A program made the translations under genes and the position numbers. The notes under the pieces were generated by a model. That model was not told the origin of the DNA and ran no database searches. It was given only the letters and a program-made list of their open reading frames with translations. A DNA stretch of 64,000 bases, taken from the NCBI GenBank assembly GCA_964016885.1, contig OZ024741.1:30566001-30630000 (forward strand), written 5' to 3'. Source of the stretch: Eledone cirrhosa. Taxonomy: Eukaryota. Below are positions 48,789-62,861 of the stretch, in pieces (within the stretch, counting starts at the first letter, position 1; each line of letters begins with the position of its first letter).

Positions 48789-48878
48789 GCATATATGTGT
48801 ATGTATATATATATATGTGTGTATATGTATATATGTATATGTATGTGTGTGTGTATATGTATGTATGTATGTGTGTGC

Positions 48879-48912
<34 letters not shown>

Positions 48913-48919
48913 GTGTGTA

Positions 48920-48982
<63 letters not shown>

Positions 48983-49047
48983 ATATGTATATATATATGT
49001 ATATGATTGTGTGGGCAGGTGTGTGTATACATATATATATATGTATA

Positions 49048-49097
<50 letters not shown>

Positions 49098-49179
49098 TAT
49101 ATATGTGTATATATATGTATATATATGTATACGTATGTATATATATGTATATATATGTGTATGTGTGTGTGTATGTGTG

Positions 49180-49219
<40 letters not shown>

Positions 49220-49291
49220 CATGAGAGAGAGAGTGTGTGTGTGTATATATATTTTGTGTGTGGGTGTGTGTATGTGTGCATGCGCGCGTGA

Positions 49292-49345
<54 letters not shown>

Positions 49346-49370
49346 ATGTGTGTATGTGTATGTATGTGTG

Positions 49371-49461
<91 letters not shown>

Positions 49462-49700
49462 ATGTATATGTATATATATGTATGTATATGTATGTGTGTA
49501 TGTATATGTGTGTGTGTATATGTGCGTTATATGTCTGTATATATATGTGTATATTTATGTATAGGTCTGTGTATGTATGTGTATGTTTGTGTATGTATGG
49601 ATATATATATATATATATATATACACACTCACGCGCGCATGCACACATACACACACCCACACACAAAATATATATACACACACACACTCTCTCTCTCATG

Positions 49701-49747
<47 letters not shown>

Positions 49748-49858
49748 ATGTGTGTGTGTATAGATATTTATACATATGTATACTCGTGTTTGTATGTATG
49801 CGTCTGAGTCTATTTATTTGTGTATATATGTGTGTGTGTGTGTATGTATGTGTATGTC

Positions 49859-49935
<77 letters not shown>

Positions 49936-49983
49936 GTATGTATATATATATATATATATATGTGTATATATATTTGTGTGTGT

Positions 49984-50025
<42 letters not shown>

Positions 50026-50078
50026 TTGTATATGTGTGTACGTGTGTATATGTATATATATATGTATATATATATATA

Positions 50079-50158
<80 letters not shown>

Positions 50159-50900
50159 TGTGCGTATGTATATGTGTATATGTATTTTATATATGTATGT
50201 ATGTATGTATGTGTGTTTGTATGTGTGTGTACATGAATATATATTTTTTTATATATATTTATATATTTTTTATATATGCGTGTGTGTTTTTATGTGTGTA
50301 TATGTGTTTGTGTGTGTGTTTATGGTTGCGCGTAAGTGTGTGAGTGAGTATGTGTGTTTTTTTGTTTTTTATGTGTGTTTTTTTGTTTTTTCTGTTTTTT
50401 TGTTTTTTTGTTTTTTTTGTTTTTTTGTTTTTTTGTGAATGTGTCTGTTGATTTTGGCATATTGTTGATTAGTTTAAGAGAAGTTCGAAGATAATAGTAA
50501 GATATGCACTCAGTATTTTGAATCTGTCTGCAGAATTCCCTAGACCTTTGTCACTTAGTAGAACCTTAATGACTTTAGCTTTTAAAGAATCTCCCTCTTC
50601 TTTAACTCTATCGAGCTTGACTGACCCCCCACTGATTTTATAAACATCTGTTAGCTTAAGAGAAACTTATTGACAAGGAATGGTATGCCATCCGGAACCT
50701 GTTTATAGAATTTTGTCTGCCTTTGTTACTCTACAAACATAAATAAATATAAATAAAAATAAAAATTAACTATAGCTTTGTAGAATTAGCTTTTAATGAA
50801 TTCCCTTTTCTATCAACCAATGACCTGCACCCATCCAACTCCCCACCCTCTCCTACCACTTGTAGAGACCTATAAATACCATATTTATTTTTTGATACCC

Positions 50901-50951
50901 AGATTCCTGATGATTTCTAATGAATGAAACAGTTCTAGTCCTGTAGAATCT
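50901..50951 (+). ncRNA. Type I hammerhead in the PLE terminal repeat (mirror 43901-43951, minus)
   Basis: agattc CTGATGA t ttc-taat-gaa t GAAA cag-ttctagtc-ctg TA gaatct. Confidence 0.75.
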
Positions 50952-50963
50952 CATCTATATTAA

Positions 50964-50994
<31 letters not shown>

Positions 50995-50999
<5 letters not shown>

Positions 51000-52251
51000 A
51001 TAAATGCTCTGAAATAGCGATATATATGTGAATATAGACATAGAATATTCGAAAATATTCTGTATGTTTATAATAAACATTTTGAAGACCTAATCGCTAT
51101 AGAATAGAATACGTCACGTATTACAATTAGATTCTCGATAAAAGCAAGGGAAGTAATCTACGCGTTTCATTCTTGTTAGAAATCATCAGGACTACATATC
51201 CAGTGCTTTTATCGAGAATGACACAGCTAGAGACTTATAGAATACTTAGCTGTGTACAGGAACTGGTTTGAAAGAGCGGTTGCCGGTCCGGCAGAAATTA
51301 GAAATTGGAATAAATGCTCTGAAATAGCGATATATATGTGAATATAGACATAGAATATTCGAAAATATTCTGTATGTTTATAATAAACATTTTGAAGACC
51401 TAATCGCTATAGAATAGAATACGTCACGTATTACAATTAGATTCTCGATAAAAGCAAGGGAAGTAATCTACGCGTTTCATTCTTGTTAGAAATCATCAGG
51501 ACTACATATCCAGTGCTTTTATCGAGAATGACACAGCTAGAGACTTATAGAATACTTAGCTGTGTACAGGAACTGGTTTGAAAGAGCGGTTGCCGGTCCG
51601 GCAGAAATTAGAAATTGGAATAAATGCTCTGAAATAGCGATATATATGTGAATATAGACATAGAATATTCGAAAATATTCTGTATGTTTATAATAAACAT
51701 TTTGAAGACCTAATCGCTATAGAATAGAATACGTCACGTATTACAATTAGATTCTCGATAAAAGCACTGGATATGTAGTCCTGATGATTTCTAACAAGAA
51801 TGAAACGCGTAGATTACTTCCCTTGCTTTTATCGAGAATCTAATTGTAATACGTGACGTATTCTATTCTATAGCGATTAGGTCTTCAAAATGTTTATTAT
51901 AAACATACAGAATATTTTCGAATATTCTATGTCTATATTCACATATATATCGCTATTTCAGAGCATTTATTCCAATTTCTAATTTCTGCCGGACCGGCAA
52001 CCGCTCTTTCAAACCAGTTCCTGTACACAGCTAAGTATTCTATAAGTCTCTAGCTGTGTCATTCTCGATAAAAGCACTGGATATGTAGTCCTGATGATTT
52101 CTAACAAGAATGAAACGCGTAGATTACTTCCCTTGCTTTTATCGAGAATCTAATTGTAATACGTGACGTATTCTATTCTATAGCGATTAGGTCTTCAAAA
52201 TGTTTATTATAAACATACAGAATATTTTCGAATATTCTATGTCTATATTCA
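50995..52251. repeat. Tandem array of 310-bp HHR-containing units (~2.5 direct + ~1.6 inverted)
   Basis: ttggaataaatgctctg at 50995, 51305 and 51615. Orientation flips at 51751-51766. (TA)n flanks. Confidence 0.95.
51751..51839 (+). ncRNA. Extended type I hammerhead of the 310-bp unit; copies 52061-52149 (+), 51131-51219 (-), 51441-51529 (-)
   Basis: attctcgataaaagca-ctggatat-gtagtc CTGATGA t ttct-aaca-agaa t GAAA cgcg TA gattac-ttccct-tgcttttatcgagaat. Confidence 0.9.
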
Positions 52252-52264
52252 TATATATATATAT

Positions 52265-52470
52265 ATGGCTGGGGGTATGTGTGTAAGATAACACGTTGAT
52301 ATAGTAAGGAAAGAATATATTTAATACTTATGTTTCGGAGAGTTTTCTTTCATCAGAAGATAGAGTGTTGAGATAGAAAATAGAGTCTGGGAAGAGAAAT
52401 GAAACGGAAAAGACTTTTGGTTAGGGAGAGAATGTCCATATTCATTTAGTAACACACACACACACACACA
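52265..52470 (-). repeat. Short dispersed repeat with a decayed HHR core; uninterrupted paralog of the sequence split by the hAT element
   Basis: Reverse complement matches 25640-25668 joined to 28062-28225, with a single ATGGACAT. Confidence 0.8.
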
Positions 52471-52650
52471 AGCACATTATCTATGTATATGTCCAGTGCA
52501 TATACATAGATAATGGGGGTGTCTTGTACTTTCAGTCGCTTCACGCCAAGGAAACCGGGATAAACACCTGTCTGATGAGATTCCGAGCACCAGACAGACG
52601 TTAGATTTTAGATCATCATCATTAACATAACCTTCCATCCCAGCAGCAGT

Positions 52651-52681
<31 letters not shown>

Positions 52682-52847
52682 GTAGCAGTAGCGGCAGTAG
52701 GAGCTGTAATCTCAGTTCCACAACCACCGTCACAACCACCAGAACTATTGCAACTACACCTTTCAGCATATCTAGCCTTCACCGTCATTAATATAACCAT
52801 CCATCTCGATAACAGCAGCAGCTATAACCTCTGCTCCACGACACACG

Positions 52848-54478
52848 CCACCACCGTCACAACCACAGCACCATCACTACCACCACCACCATCTCTACCA
52901 CAGCACCATCTCTACCTCCACCAGCATCTCTACCACAGCACCATCTCTACCTCTACCACCATCACAACCACAGCACCATCACTACCTCCACCACCATCAC
53001 AACCACCACAACCATCACTATCACCACCACCATTCTACCACCACCACCATCACTACCTCCACCACCATCTCTACCACAGCACCATTACTACCTCCACCAC
53101 CATCTCTACCACAGCACCATTACTACCACCACAACCATCTCTACCACAGCACCATCACTACCTCCACCACCATCACTACCACCACCACCATCACTACTTC
53201 CACCACCATCACAACCACAGCACAATCACTACCTCCACCACCATCTCTACCACCACCACCATCACTACCACCAACACCATCACTACCACCAACACCATCT
53301 CTACCACCATCACTACCACCTCGATCTTCTCTACCACCACCACCATCACAACCACCACCACCAACATCACAGCCACCACCACCACCATCACGAACACCTC
53401 CACCATCATTACCACCACCACTATCACAACCACCACCACCGTCACTACCACCTCGACCATCTCTTCCACCACCACCATCACAACCACCACCACCTCCATC
53501 ACAACCACCACCACCATCATCACTACCACCTCCACCATCACTACCACCACCACCATCACTACCACCTCGACCATCTCTTCCACCACCACCATCACAACCA
53601 CCACCACCTCCATCACAACCACCACCACCATCATCACTACCACCTCCACCATCACTACCACCACCGCCATCACTACCACCTCGACCATCTCTTTCACCAC
53701 CACCATCACAACCACCACCACCAACATCACGACCTCCACCACCATCACTACCACCTCGACCATCTCTACCACCACAACCATCACAACCACCACCAACATC
53801 ACAACAATGACCACCATCACTAGCACGACCACCACCATCACCACCACCTCCACCATCACTACCACCACCACCATCACTACCACCTCCACCATCACTACCA
53901 CCACCACCATCACAACCACCACCATCACTACCACCATCACAACCACCACCACCATCACTACCACCTCGACCATCTCTACCACCACCACCATCACTACCAC
54001 CACCACCATCAGTACCACCACCATCACTACCACCACCACCATCACAACAATCACCACCATCACAACCACCACCACCACCATCACTACCATCACCATCACT
54101 ACCACCACCACCATCACCATCACTACCACCATCAAAACCACCACCACCATCACTACCACCACCACCACCATCACTACCACCACCACCATCACAACAATCA
54201 CCACCATCACTACCCCCACCTCCATCACTACCACCACCACCATCACAACCACAACCACCATCACTGCCACCACCAGCACCACTACCACCACCACCATCAC
54301 TACCATCACCACCATCACTACCACCACCACCATCACAAGCACCACCGCCATTACTACCAGCACCACCATCACTACCACAACCACCACTACCACCACCACC
54401 ACCACCATCACTACCACCACCACCACCACCACTACCACCACCACCACCATCACTACCACCAGCATTGTTACAACACCA
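52848..54478. repeat. (ACC/ATC/ACT)n trinucleotide low-complexity tract
   Basis: Direct reading. It gives stop-free Thr-, Val- or Gly-rich frames on both strands. Confidence 0.92.
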
Positions 54479-55052
54479 CACCCTTCAGCATGGCTAATAA
54501 TATGACCACTCCAATCAAAAAGACATCTCAAGCCAAGCTCACTTTTACCTATTTACTCTCACAATGCTACGTTATCGGAGCTAGAAAACTACAGAGAATT
54601 CCTATCTACACATTAGCCATCAAAGTATTACTTTGTTCCACTAATTTAATTACAAGTAAAGTAATTGTTTTAACAAATGCTAAATATATAAACTCGCATA
54701 ACAAGAAGAAGAAAAAGGCAAACAATTCTGACATTTATTCTCTGTTTGTTTGTAAAAACTGTTGTGTATTGTGTTCTCTTGCCTTTTGCTTTTCCATCTG
54801 ATCTTCTATTTTAGTTTTATTTATTTTATATTGTTTCGGTACCTATTTACTTCTCGTTGGGTGTGTATGTGCGTGAGTCTGTCTACATATACATACATAT
54901 ATAGATATACAAACATACACACTCTCTCACACAAACACACCCGCACACACATATATATGAGGGTATGTGTGTGTGTGCTGCATGTAAAATGTGTATACAT
55001 ATGTGTGTATGTATATATACTGTATATATTTATGTACCTATCTCTCTCTCTC

Positions 55053-55131
<79 letters not shown>

Positions 55132-55178
55132 TATACATCCACCATGTATACATACATATATACATATATATGTATGTA

Positions 55179-55230
<52 letters not shown>

Positions 55231-55686
55231 TACATATATATATACACACATATAAAATACAATACACACATACGACCATACCACGCACATTCTCACACAC
55301 ACTTAATATACGTTCTTTGTGAGTGTTTGTTAGATTGCGTGTGTGCGCCTGTATGTTTATGAGTGTACGTATGTTTCAATAGATTGTGTATTCCTGGCGG
55401 TGAATGCTGAAGTGGTCCAGGTTTTGTGAGAATCAACAGCGCAGATTCAACACTTTTATAGTTCTCGTCCTGGTTTCCCTCAATTTCTCTCCTCTTCTGT
55501 CAATGTATATGTATGGTTATTTTGTAAATGTCCGTGAGTGTGTATGTCTCTATTGGCTCGCGGGTATGTGTGTACTGATCATGTGGACAGTCAGAGTGGT
55601 AGAGAAGTATAATGAGAAATAGACTTGGAGGAATATATACTTTACAATAGAAAGGTTCTTGTATTTACATAAACCGTTATATAAGC

Positions 55687-55726
<40 letters not shown>

Positions 55727-55784
55727 TTATATATATATATTAATTCAAAATATTAACAAAAATAAACCTTCTTGTGATCAAGTA

Positions 55785-55960
55785 TATTTTATTATACATA
55801 TTTCAGAGGTACTGAGCTAACTTCAACAGTACGTCCTCATCGGATAAAATAAGATGATGCATGACATACCTTGACATAATAGATGGTTAAGATCCAGTCA
55901 TGGTAGTGAGTAAGATATGATAAAACTCAATATTTATATACCTTAAGATTGTAAAACTAA
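55785..55960 (-). repeat. Diverged relative of the 37-38.7 kb arm with a core-mutated HHR (CCGATGA)
   Basis: ttattatacatatttc..aggtac...cagtacgtcctcatc...atgacatacc is shared with 37100-37170. Confidence 0.7.
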
Positions 55961-55995
55961 TTCTTTGATTTATTCATTAAACCTTGTTTAACGTT

Positions 55996-56075
<80 letters not shown>

Positions 56076-56128
56076 CATATAATATACATCTGTATATGTA
56101 CATATATATATATATACATATGTATATA

Positions 56129-58222
56129 TTTGAGCAGGACCTTATGAACTTAATCCTTAAAATTAAATTCAAAGGACGCAACACCAACAGCAAATTACAG
56201 AAAGATATAAAAAAACTACTGGACGACCTTAAAAACACCAAAGGAATTGTAGTAAAAGCGGACAAAACATCAAACCTGTACACTATGGATTGCACTACAT
56301 ACAACAACTTCATTCGAAAAGAATTACATAAAAAATATAGAAAAACGAGTGAAGTAACCCTTAAGCACATCAATGATGAGGCATGCGAAATAGTGAAAAA
56401 TCTCGGAATCGAAGATAGGACAGGACCACTCTTACCGGCGGTACCCACTTTCAATCTTAAGGACCACAAGGTAAACTTTGATAATGACCCTAAAATTAGA
56501 TTAATCTGCCCCTCTAAATCAGATATAGGTAAAATAAGCAAATATATCTTAGATAGAATCATCCCCCAAATTAAGGCTAAGGTTAACATTAAACTCTGGG
56601 GGAAGACCCAAGAAGCAATAAGATGGTTTAATAGCATTAGCAATAAGAATAAATCTAAGTTTATCCAGTTTGATATCGATGAATATTACTCATCGATATC
56701 ACCTGAAACTTTGAATAGAGCCATTAAGTTTGCTAAGGATAACTCCGACCTTACAAACGATGAAATTAAGATTATATTAGAAGCTAGGAAAACTATAGTC
56801 AAATTTGAGAACAGTTATTGGGTACGTAAAGATAGACCCTCTAACTTTGACATAACAATGGGCTCTAACGATTCGGCGGAAATAACTGATATTGTGGGGT
56901 TATTTATCGCCTTTAGACTCCAGGAAAAATTCAGCAATCTCCACGGCGGAATATACCGCGACGATGTTCTCCTCCTAGCTAAAAACCTTAATAACCAAAA
57001 ACTAGAAAAACTACGCAAAGATATAAGAAAACTACTACTCGAAATAGGACTAACTATAACATATGAATACAACCTTAAAGTAGTTAACTTCCTGGATGTC
57101 ACACTCAATTTAAACTCTGGTTTGATTAAACCGTTTCATAAATTGAATGAAAATCTCAAATACGTAAATGTTGGGTCTAACCACCCCATCTCTATAATTA
57201 AATCTATCCCTAAAAATATTTCCCTTAGAATCTCGGGTCTATCTTCTAACATACAAGTATTTAAGGAACACGCCGAGTACTACGATAACGCCCTTAGTAA
57301 AGCAGGCTACCTCAACAAAATAGAGTACATAGATGGGAACAATCAAAACACCCAAAATAAATCCCACATAGGTAGATATAATAACACAACACCAAACCAC
57401 ACTTACTACCATAGTATGCACACCAGTAAACCAACAAACAAAACTAATAGAAAGCGATGCAAAGAGTACTTATGGTATAACCCCGAATACAATAGCTCCA
57501 TTAGTACAAATTTACCAGTACTCTTCTTTAAAATAATTAAAAGACATTTTCCCACATCACACAAATACCACAAAATCCTAAACCCTACCACTATAAGACT
57601 GTCATACTCTACAGCGTTAAACCTTGAACAACACATAAAAAAGATCAATACTAGAAGGTTAAACGAAAACACTAAGAACTTAAGTACAAAGAACCCCAAA
57701 AAAACAGTAGACAATACACTACAGAACATAAATAAACCACACCTAAGTTCGTCCGCAATACTACTCCAGAGAAAACCCAACGTACACAACTGTAACTGCA
57801 CCTATCCTGACAACTGCCCCCTCGGCAATAACTGCCTGGAAAAAAATATTATTTATAAGTGTACCATTAAATCCGGAGGCAACGAGTGGTATTACGTGGG
57901 ATCAACGGCAACATCGTTTAAATCTCGATTGTATAGGCATTCTTACTCAATAAAACACCAGAGCCAAAGAAATGTAACAACTTTAGCAGAGAAAGCTTGG
58001 ACGCTCAGGGATAGCAATCAAAAGTTTACCCTAAAATGGGAAAAATTAGCTAAAACCCAAAGCTTTTCCAGGAGCCAAAATTTCTGCAAATTGTGTAATC
58101 TTGAGATTTATTACATAATCACACACAAGAAGAAACTGCTGAATAACAGAATTGAACGAACATTATTCTGCCGTCACAGAACTAAAACCCTTTTTTCCCA
58201 CTACAAGCCGAATATTACATAA
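56129..58222 (+). CDS. PLE RT + GIY-YIG ORF (Naiad-like), uninterrupted, 5' end abutting (TA)n
   Basis: [63 protein letters not shown]. The ORF-track start at 56096 lies in the microsatellite. Confidence 0.92.
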   Translation, partial: FEQDLMNLILKIKFKGRNTNSKLQKDIKKLLDDLKNTKGIVVKADKTSNLYTMDCTTYNNFIRKELHKKYRKTSEVTLKHINDEACEIVKNLGIEDRTGPLLPAVPTFNLKDHKVNFDNDPKIRLICPSKSDIGKISKYILDRIIPQIKAKVNIKLWGKTQEAIRWFNSISNKNKSKFIQFDIDEYYSSISPETLNRAIKFAKDNSDLTNDEIKIILEARKTIVKFENSYWVRKDRPSNFDITMGSNDSAEITDIVGLFIAFRLQEKFSNLHGGIYRDDVLLLAKNLNNQKLEKLRKDIRKLLLEIGLTITYEYNLKVVNFLDVTLNLNSGLIKPFHKLNENLKYVNVGSNHPISIIKSIPKNISLRISGLSSNIQVFKEHAEYYDNALSKAGYLNKIEYIDGNNQNTQNKSHIGRYNNTTPNHTYYHSMHTSKPTNKTNRKRCKEYLWYNPEYNSSISTNLPVLFFKIIKRHFPTSHKYHKILNPTTIRLSYSTALNLEQHIKKINTRRLNENTKNLSTKNPKKTVDNTLQNINKPHLSSSAILLQRKPNVHNCNCTYPDNCPLGNNCLEKNIIYKCTIKSGGNEWYYVGSTATSFKSRLYRHSYSIKHQSQRNVTTLAEKAWTLRDSNQKFTLKWEKLAKTQSFSRSQNFCKLCNLEIYYIITHKKKLLNNRIERTLFCRHRTKTLFSHYKPNIT

Positions 58223-58491
58223 AAGAGGGACATCCCCCAACTATATAAACCTTAATCTAGTTAGAAAAATATAAAAACAATCTCTTTTCAACATATATTA
58301 ATAACCTTAAATTACCATACTAATAATGAAAAGATATGCTGATGAGAATAGGTACAAATATGCGATAATGAATGTGTCTAAAAACGTCCATAAGTATGTA
58401 TATATATGTGAAAATGTATATAAATAAGTAAATATATATATATGTTTGATGTGTATAGTTAGATGTAAGTGTATTCATGTATTAAAGTGCT

Positions 58492-58540
<49 letters not shown>

Positions 58541-58541
58541 G

Positions 58542-58588
<47 letters not shown>

Positions 58589-59329
58589 GTATATGTATAT
58601 ATGTATATATATATGTGTATGTATGTATGTGTATATGGATGTGTATGTATGTGTATGTGTGTACACATGGACTAGAGTATGTATGTATATATGTGTGTGT
58701 CTATACGTGTGTATATATAAAGATAAGTTGAGTATGAAAATGTACACACATGAGCGCGTATGTATGTACATGAATACATGTGTGTATATATATGTGTATG
58801 CATGTGTATATATATGTAAGTATGAATATGTGAATTGTGAGTATATGTATTTTGTAGAGGTGTGCAAATATATTTGTGTGTGAATGCGTGGGTGAAAGAA
58901 TACGTACACTTGAAAGAAAAATTTAAGTCTGAATGTTAAGTGCAAACACAAAACCAACCACGCATATCTTTACTATCTCTAATCCTTCTATAGATTTAGA
59001 AAAATAACCAATAATATATTCTATAAAAAATGTCAAAACAACAGATGGGAATCTAATTAATCACTGCCACCAAGAATTCTCACTGCTATCGAAAAACCAC
59101 TCCTTCAACTATTCTTCTAACAACTTCACCCCTTCCTCCTAATATTCTCTATAAAAACTAAATAGGTCCTCAGTAATATTATTCTGATGAAATGACAGTA
59201 AACAATAACATTGAAATATTGAATGTCTGCATAACTAAAAGTTTGTAGATAGCTGTTTTAGGTTATGTAACTGTTATAGAAACACGTGTCAATAAATTCC
59301 TTTCAACTAAACTGTATCCATTCAAATCT

Positions 59330-59333
<4 letters not shown>
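56129..59333 (+). mobile_element. Penelope-like element with a microsatellite-rich 3' region
   Basis: ORF plus ~1.1 kb of 3' sequence ending at (TA)n. Decayed CTGATGA aatg..catt GAAA near 59184. Confidence 0.7.
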
Positions 59334-59403
<70 letters not shown>

Positions 59404-59519
59404 GTATATGCATATATGTATATGTATATGTATGAGTATATATATATGAATATGTGTATATATATACACACACACACACATATATATATATAAACATATA
59501 TTTGGTTGTAGCTATGGGT

Positions 59520-59565
<46 letters not shown>

Positions 59566-60495
59566 TGTTTGTGTGTGTACGTTTGCGTGCGTCTATGTGT
59601 ATATATGTGTGTGATGTGCGTGCATGTGTTAATACAGAGGCCCATTTACATATACATCTGCGTTTTCTAAATAGAAACGCATCATCAGACACTGAAGAAT
59701 AATTAGAAGTATAAACGCAGCCCTGTCACGTAGAGGAGAATGTGAAATCGTGTTCATATGAAGTTCCATTCTTCAACACGTTTCACTCCTGCCAGGTACA
59801 AATTCTAAATCAATGCGACTGTCAAAGCCTTGGTCATTTTGAATAGCTAGATAGAATTATATGCTTTTGTGTGTACTATTTTTCAATATTTTTCTTACTT
59901 TGATTATATGAAAATTGCGTATGATGAAGGAACGATTTTTGCAACGAAGCAATCCGCCATCGCTAGAATTTGGATAATACAAGTACTGCCGTGTTATATG
60001 TAGAATTTTAGAAATGTTTTGAATAATTTTCCGCTTTCAGATTGCATTAGTTCGGATAATTTCTCAACATGAAATCGTCAAATTTTCGAAACTTAGAATT
60101 ATGTCCATCTGGAATCACATACAATAGTCTTTAGTTATATTAAAGTGCCAGATATATTAAACCATGTTTCACAAATAATCTCACAGAAAATTATAATAAA
60201 TTTTGTATGTGGAATATTTTGGTACTTAAAATGTAATGCAACGCGTAGCAGAATCCTCCTAGTAAATACTATCGACATTCGTAACTATGTAACAATTTAT
60301 GTATGTACATATGTGTTGTAATTGCGTGTATATTTTGGTGTATGTGCATGTAGACATGTATCATGCACGTAAGAAAGATTATAATACATACTGTATAAAT
60401 GTATATTCAGCTACTGACATCTGTGTATCCTGTTCACAAACAGAAAGGGAGAAAAAATATTTTTTCTCTGAGAGCGTGGCTTCATTGTTACTACT

Positions 60496-60685
60496 GGTGG
60501 TAGATTGGCAGTATCGGTAGAGGGTCGGACGCCAAGATTTACAGCATACCAGCCTTTACGTTCTGAGTTCAAATCCTGCCGAGGTTAACTTTGCCTTTTA
60601 TCCTTACGGTGTTGATAAAGTAAAATACCAGTAATGCACTGCGATAATTGCTAGCCTTGTGCCAAATGTAGAAACAATTATTACT
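60496..60685 (+). mobile_element. tRNA-derived SINE copy
   Basis: Full-length match to 6480-6670, including A and B boxes. Confidence 0.85.
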
Positions 60686-61239
60686 ACTGCCAATTAATTA
60701 TAACCAGCCAAGTGCGCACTATATATAAATAAGCCTGTCCTCTCATTTTGTCTATTTGGTACATGCACATGAGCATCTTCAGTAAATGTTTATCACGTAA
60801 GAACTTTGTAGGCTCTAGTCAGTATCAGTTGAGGGAATGTCACTGATGAGGGATTAACAAATAGTGAAACGGCGCTGTTTGGTCTTCTTTAATGCTACAG
60901 ACATGTCTGTGTCGTGTTCACAGAACACAAATGAGAAAAACATTTTTCGGAACAGAAATATACTTTTTCTTTGAGCGACCCCCCCCCCCCCCTCCATATG
61001 TTTATTGCATACAAAAATATAGTATACGTTTTTAATTGGGACACTCTTATTATACTTAACGGTATTTTAGTGCTGCTGCCAATATATAGAGAAGCAAAGA
61101 ACATTTTAATGATACGAAAGATTTCCTGGCGGAAGTTCAGATGTACTCCGGGTTGGTATCCAGTTTCGGGGTGAAAATCCAATTAGAAAATCCAACGCTT
61201 CCAATTCCAACCCACCCGTGCCCTCAATCTATCTTATTT

Positions 61240-61277
61240 CTCATTCTGATGAAGGACTAGTGTCCGAAACATTAAGA
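61240..61277 (+). ncRNA. Minimal hammerhead-like motif (decayed paralog at 62715-62752)
   Basis: tt CTGATGA a ggac-tagt-gtcc GAAA ca TT aa. Confidence 0.55.
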
Positions 61278-61647
61278 CCCTCTTCCTGCTATATCAAGCG
61301 TTAACCTAATATATCCCTTCCATATACTGTAGCGATTGTGTTGTTATATCTGTTTCCCTTTTACATACATATATATATATGTCTATGTATACTATACAAG
61401 CACGCATGTAAGATTCATCTGATTTAATTTCAAAGATCTATCAACGATAAAGAGGAGATTGAAAATAGGTTTTTCATTGGAATTTTGAGACAAAGAAATC
61501 ACAGACGTATCCATATATCTTCCTGCACACGTATAAGTCTGTGTATATACATATATGTTGGAGTCTGCATGTTTTCACTAATGTATATATACTTATACAC
61601 ATGCTTAATATGTCTACACTTTTACAAGTATTATTACTACAGGGTAA

Positions 61648-61790
61648 TTACGGCCCTTTATGGTTATCTGAGTTCAAATCCCGCCGAGGTTAACTTTGCC
61701 TTTCATCCTTACGGGGTTGATAAAATAAAGTACCAGTAATACACTGGGTTATTGCTGGCCTTGTGCCTAAAGTAGAAACAATTATTAAGA
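61648..61790 (+). mobile_element. 5'-truncated tRNA-derived SINE copy
   Basis: gagttcaaatcccgccgagg...gtagaaacaattatta. Confidence 0.82.
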
Positions 61791-61903
61791 CATAAAAAGG
61801 GTAAACTTCTGAAATGTTTTACATATGCTCCCAATTTAATTATTGATTTTAATACAATTCTAAGCATACCATGGACGTCTGTATGTAATTATGTAAGTAT
61901 GTA

Positions 61904-61987
<84 letters not shown>

Positions 61988-62027
61988 CTTACATACTTAC
62001 ATTCAAACATCCATACGCTTAGATAAA

Positions 62028-62079
<52 letters not shown>

Positions 62080-62861
62080 TTTATCTACACAAGTATGTAC
62101 GTATGTAAGTATGTAAGTAAGTATGTGTATATAATATAGTCAAATGTATACAGATATATGTACATACATGCATGCTTCCATACCTACATACATACATAGC
62201 GGAATTCTTAATATTTATCTTTATTTATTAGCAATGGAAAATTCATACAAATTACTATGCCCATTTCAGAACAAATGGGTATATATAGCCATCAAATAGA
62301 TGTTTTCTTCTGGTAGTTTGGATTATATGCACGCCTTCTAATGAGGGAGCAAATAGGTTTGGTAATCAATTAAATATTTTTTCAATTTACAGCGAAATAC
62401 GTATTTGTTGCATGTGTACATGCCTATATATTTATATTTATATGCACATTGGAGCAGTTTCTGTAATACATTCGATTAATAATTCTTCTATTATTCTATT
62501 ATGTATTCCAAGCGTGAGGATGAGGCAATGCTGCAGCACCGCCACCGATGTATAAAACAAGATCAACATATACAACAACGCTAGAATCACATGTTCTCCA
62601 AGAGATGGTGACTTGAATGGACTTGTTTTTTTTTCTCTAAGAATTTTATTATAGTTTCTGCCACAGTCCACGCTCCTATATGATTCTATTTCTTTTTTTC
62701 TGATTCCTCTTTCTATTTTCTGATGAAGGACTAGCGTGCAAAACGTTAAGACAATTTCCTTACTATATCATGTGTAAAACTAATAATGTATTTCTTTATT
62801 GTACTGTGTCGTTCGCTTTGTTATATCTGTTTGACTTTTGCATATATATATATATATATAA

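Noticed and set aside
52515-52580. CTGATGA at ~52571 as a hammerhead
   Set aside because: No downstream helix II-GAAA. The context looks more like a decayed SINE body.
52748-54531. 585-aa Thr-rich mucin-like ORF and its antisense Val- and Gly-rich ORFs
   Set aside because: A trinucleotide low-complexity tract that is stop-free on both strands. No domain, convincing start context or splice evidence.
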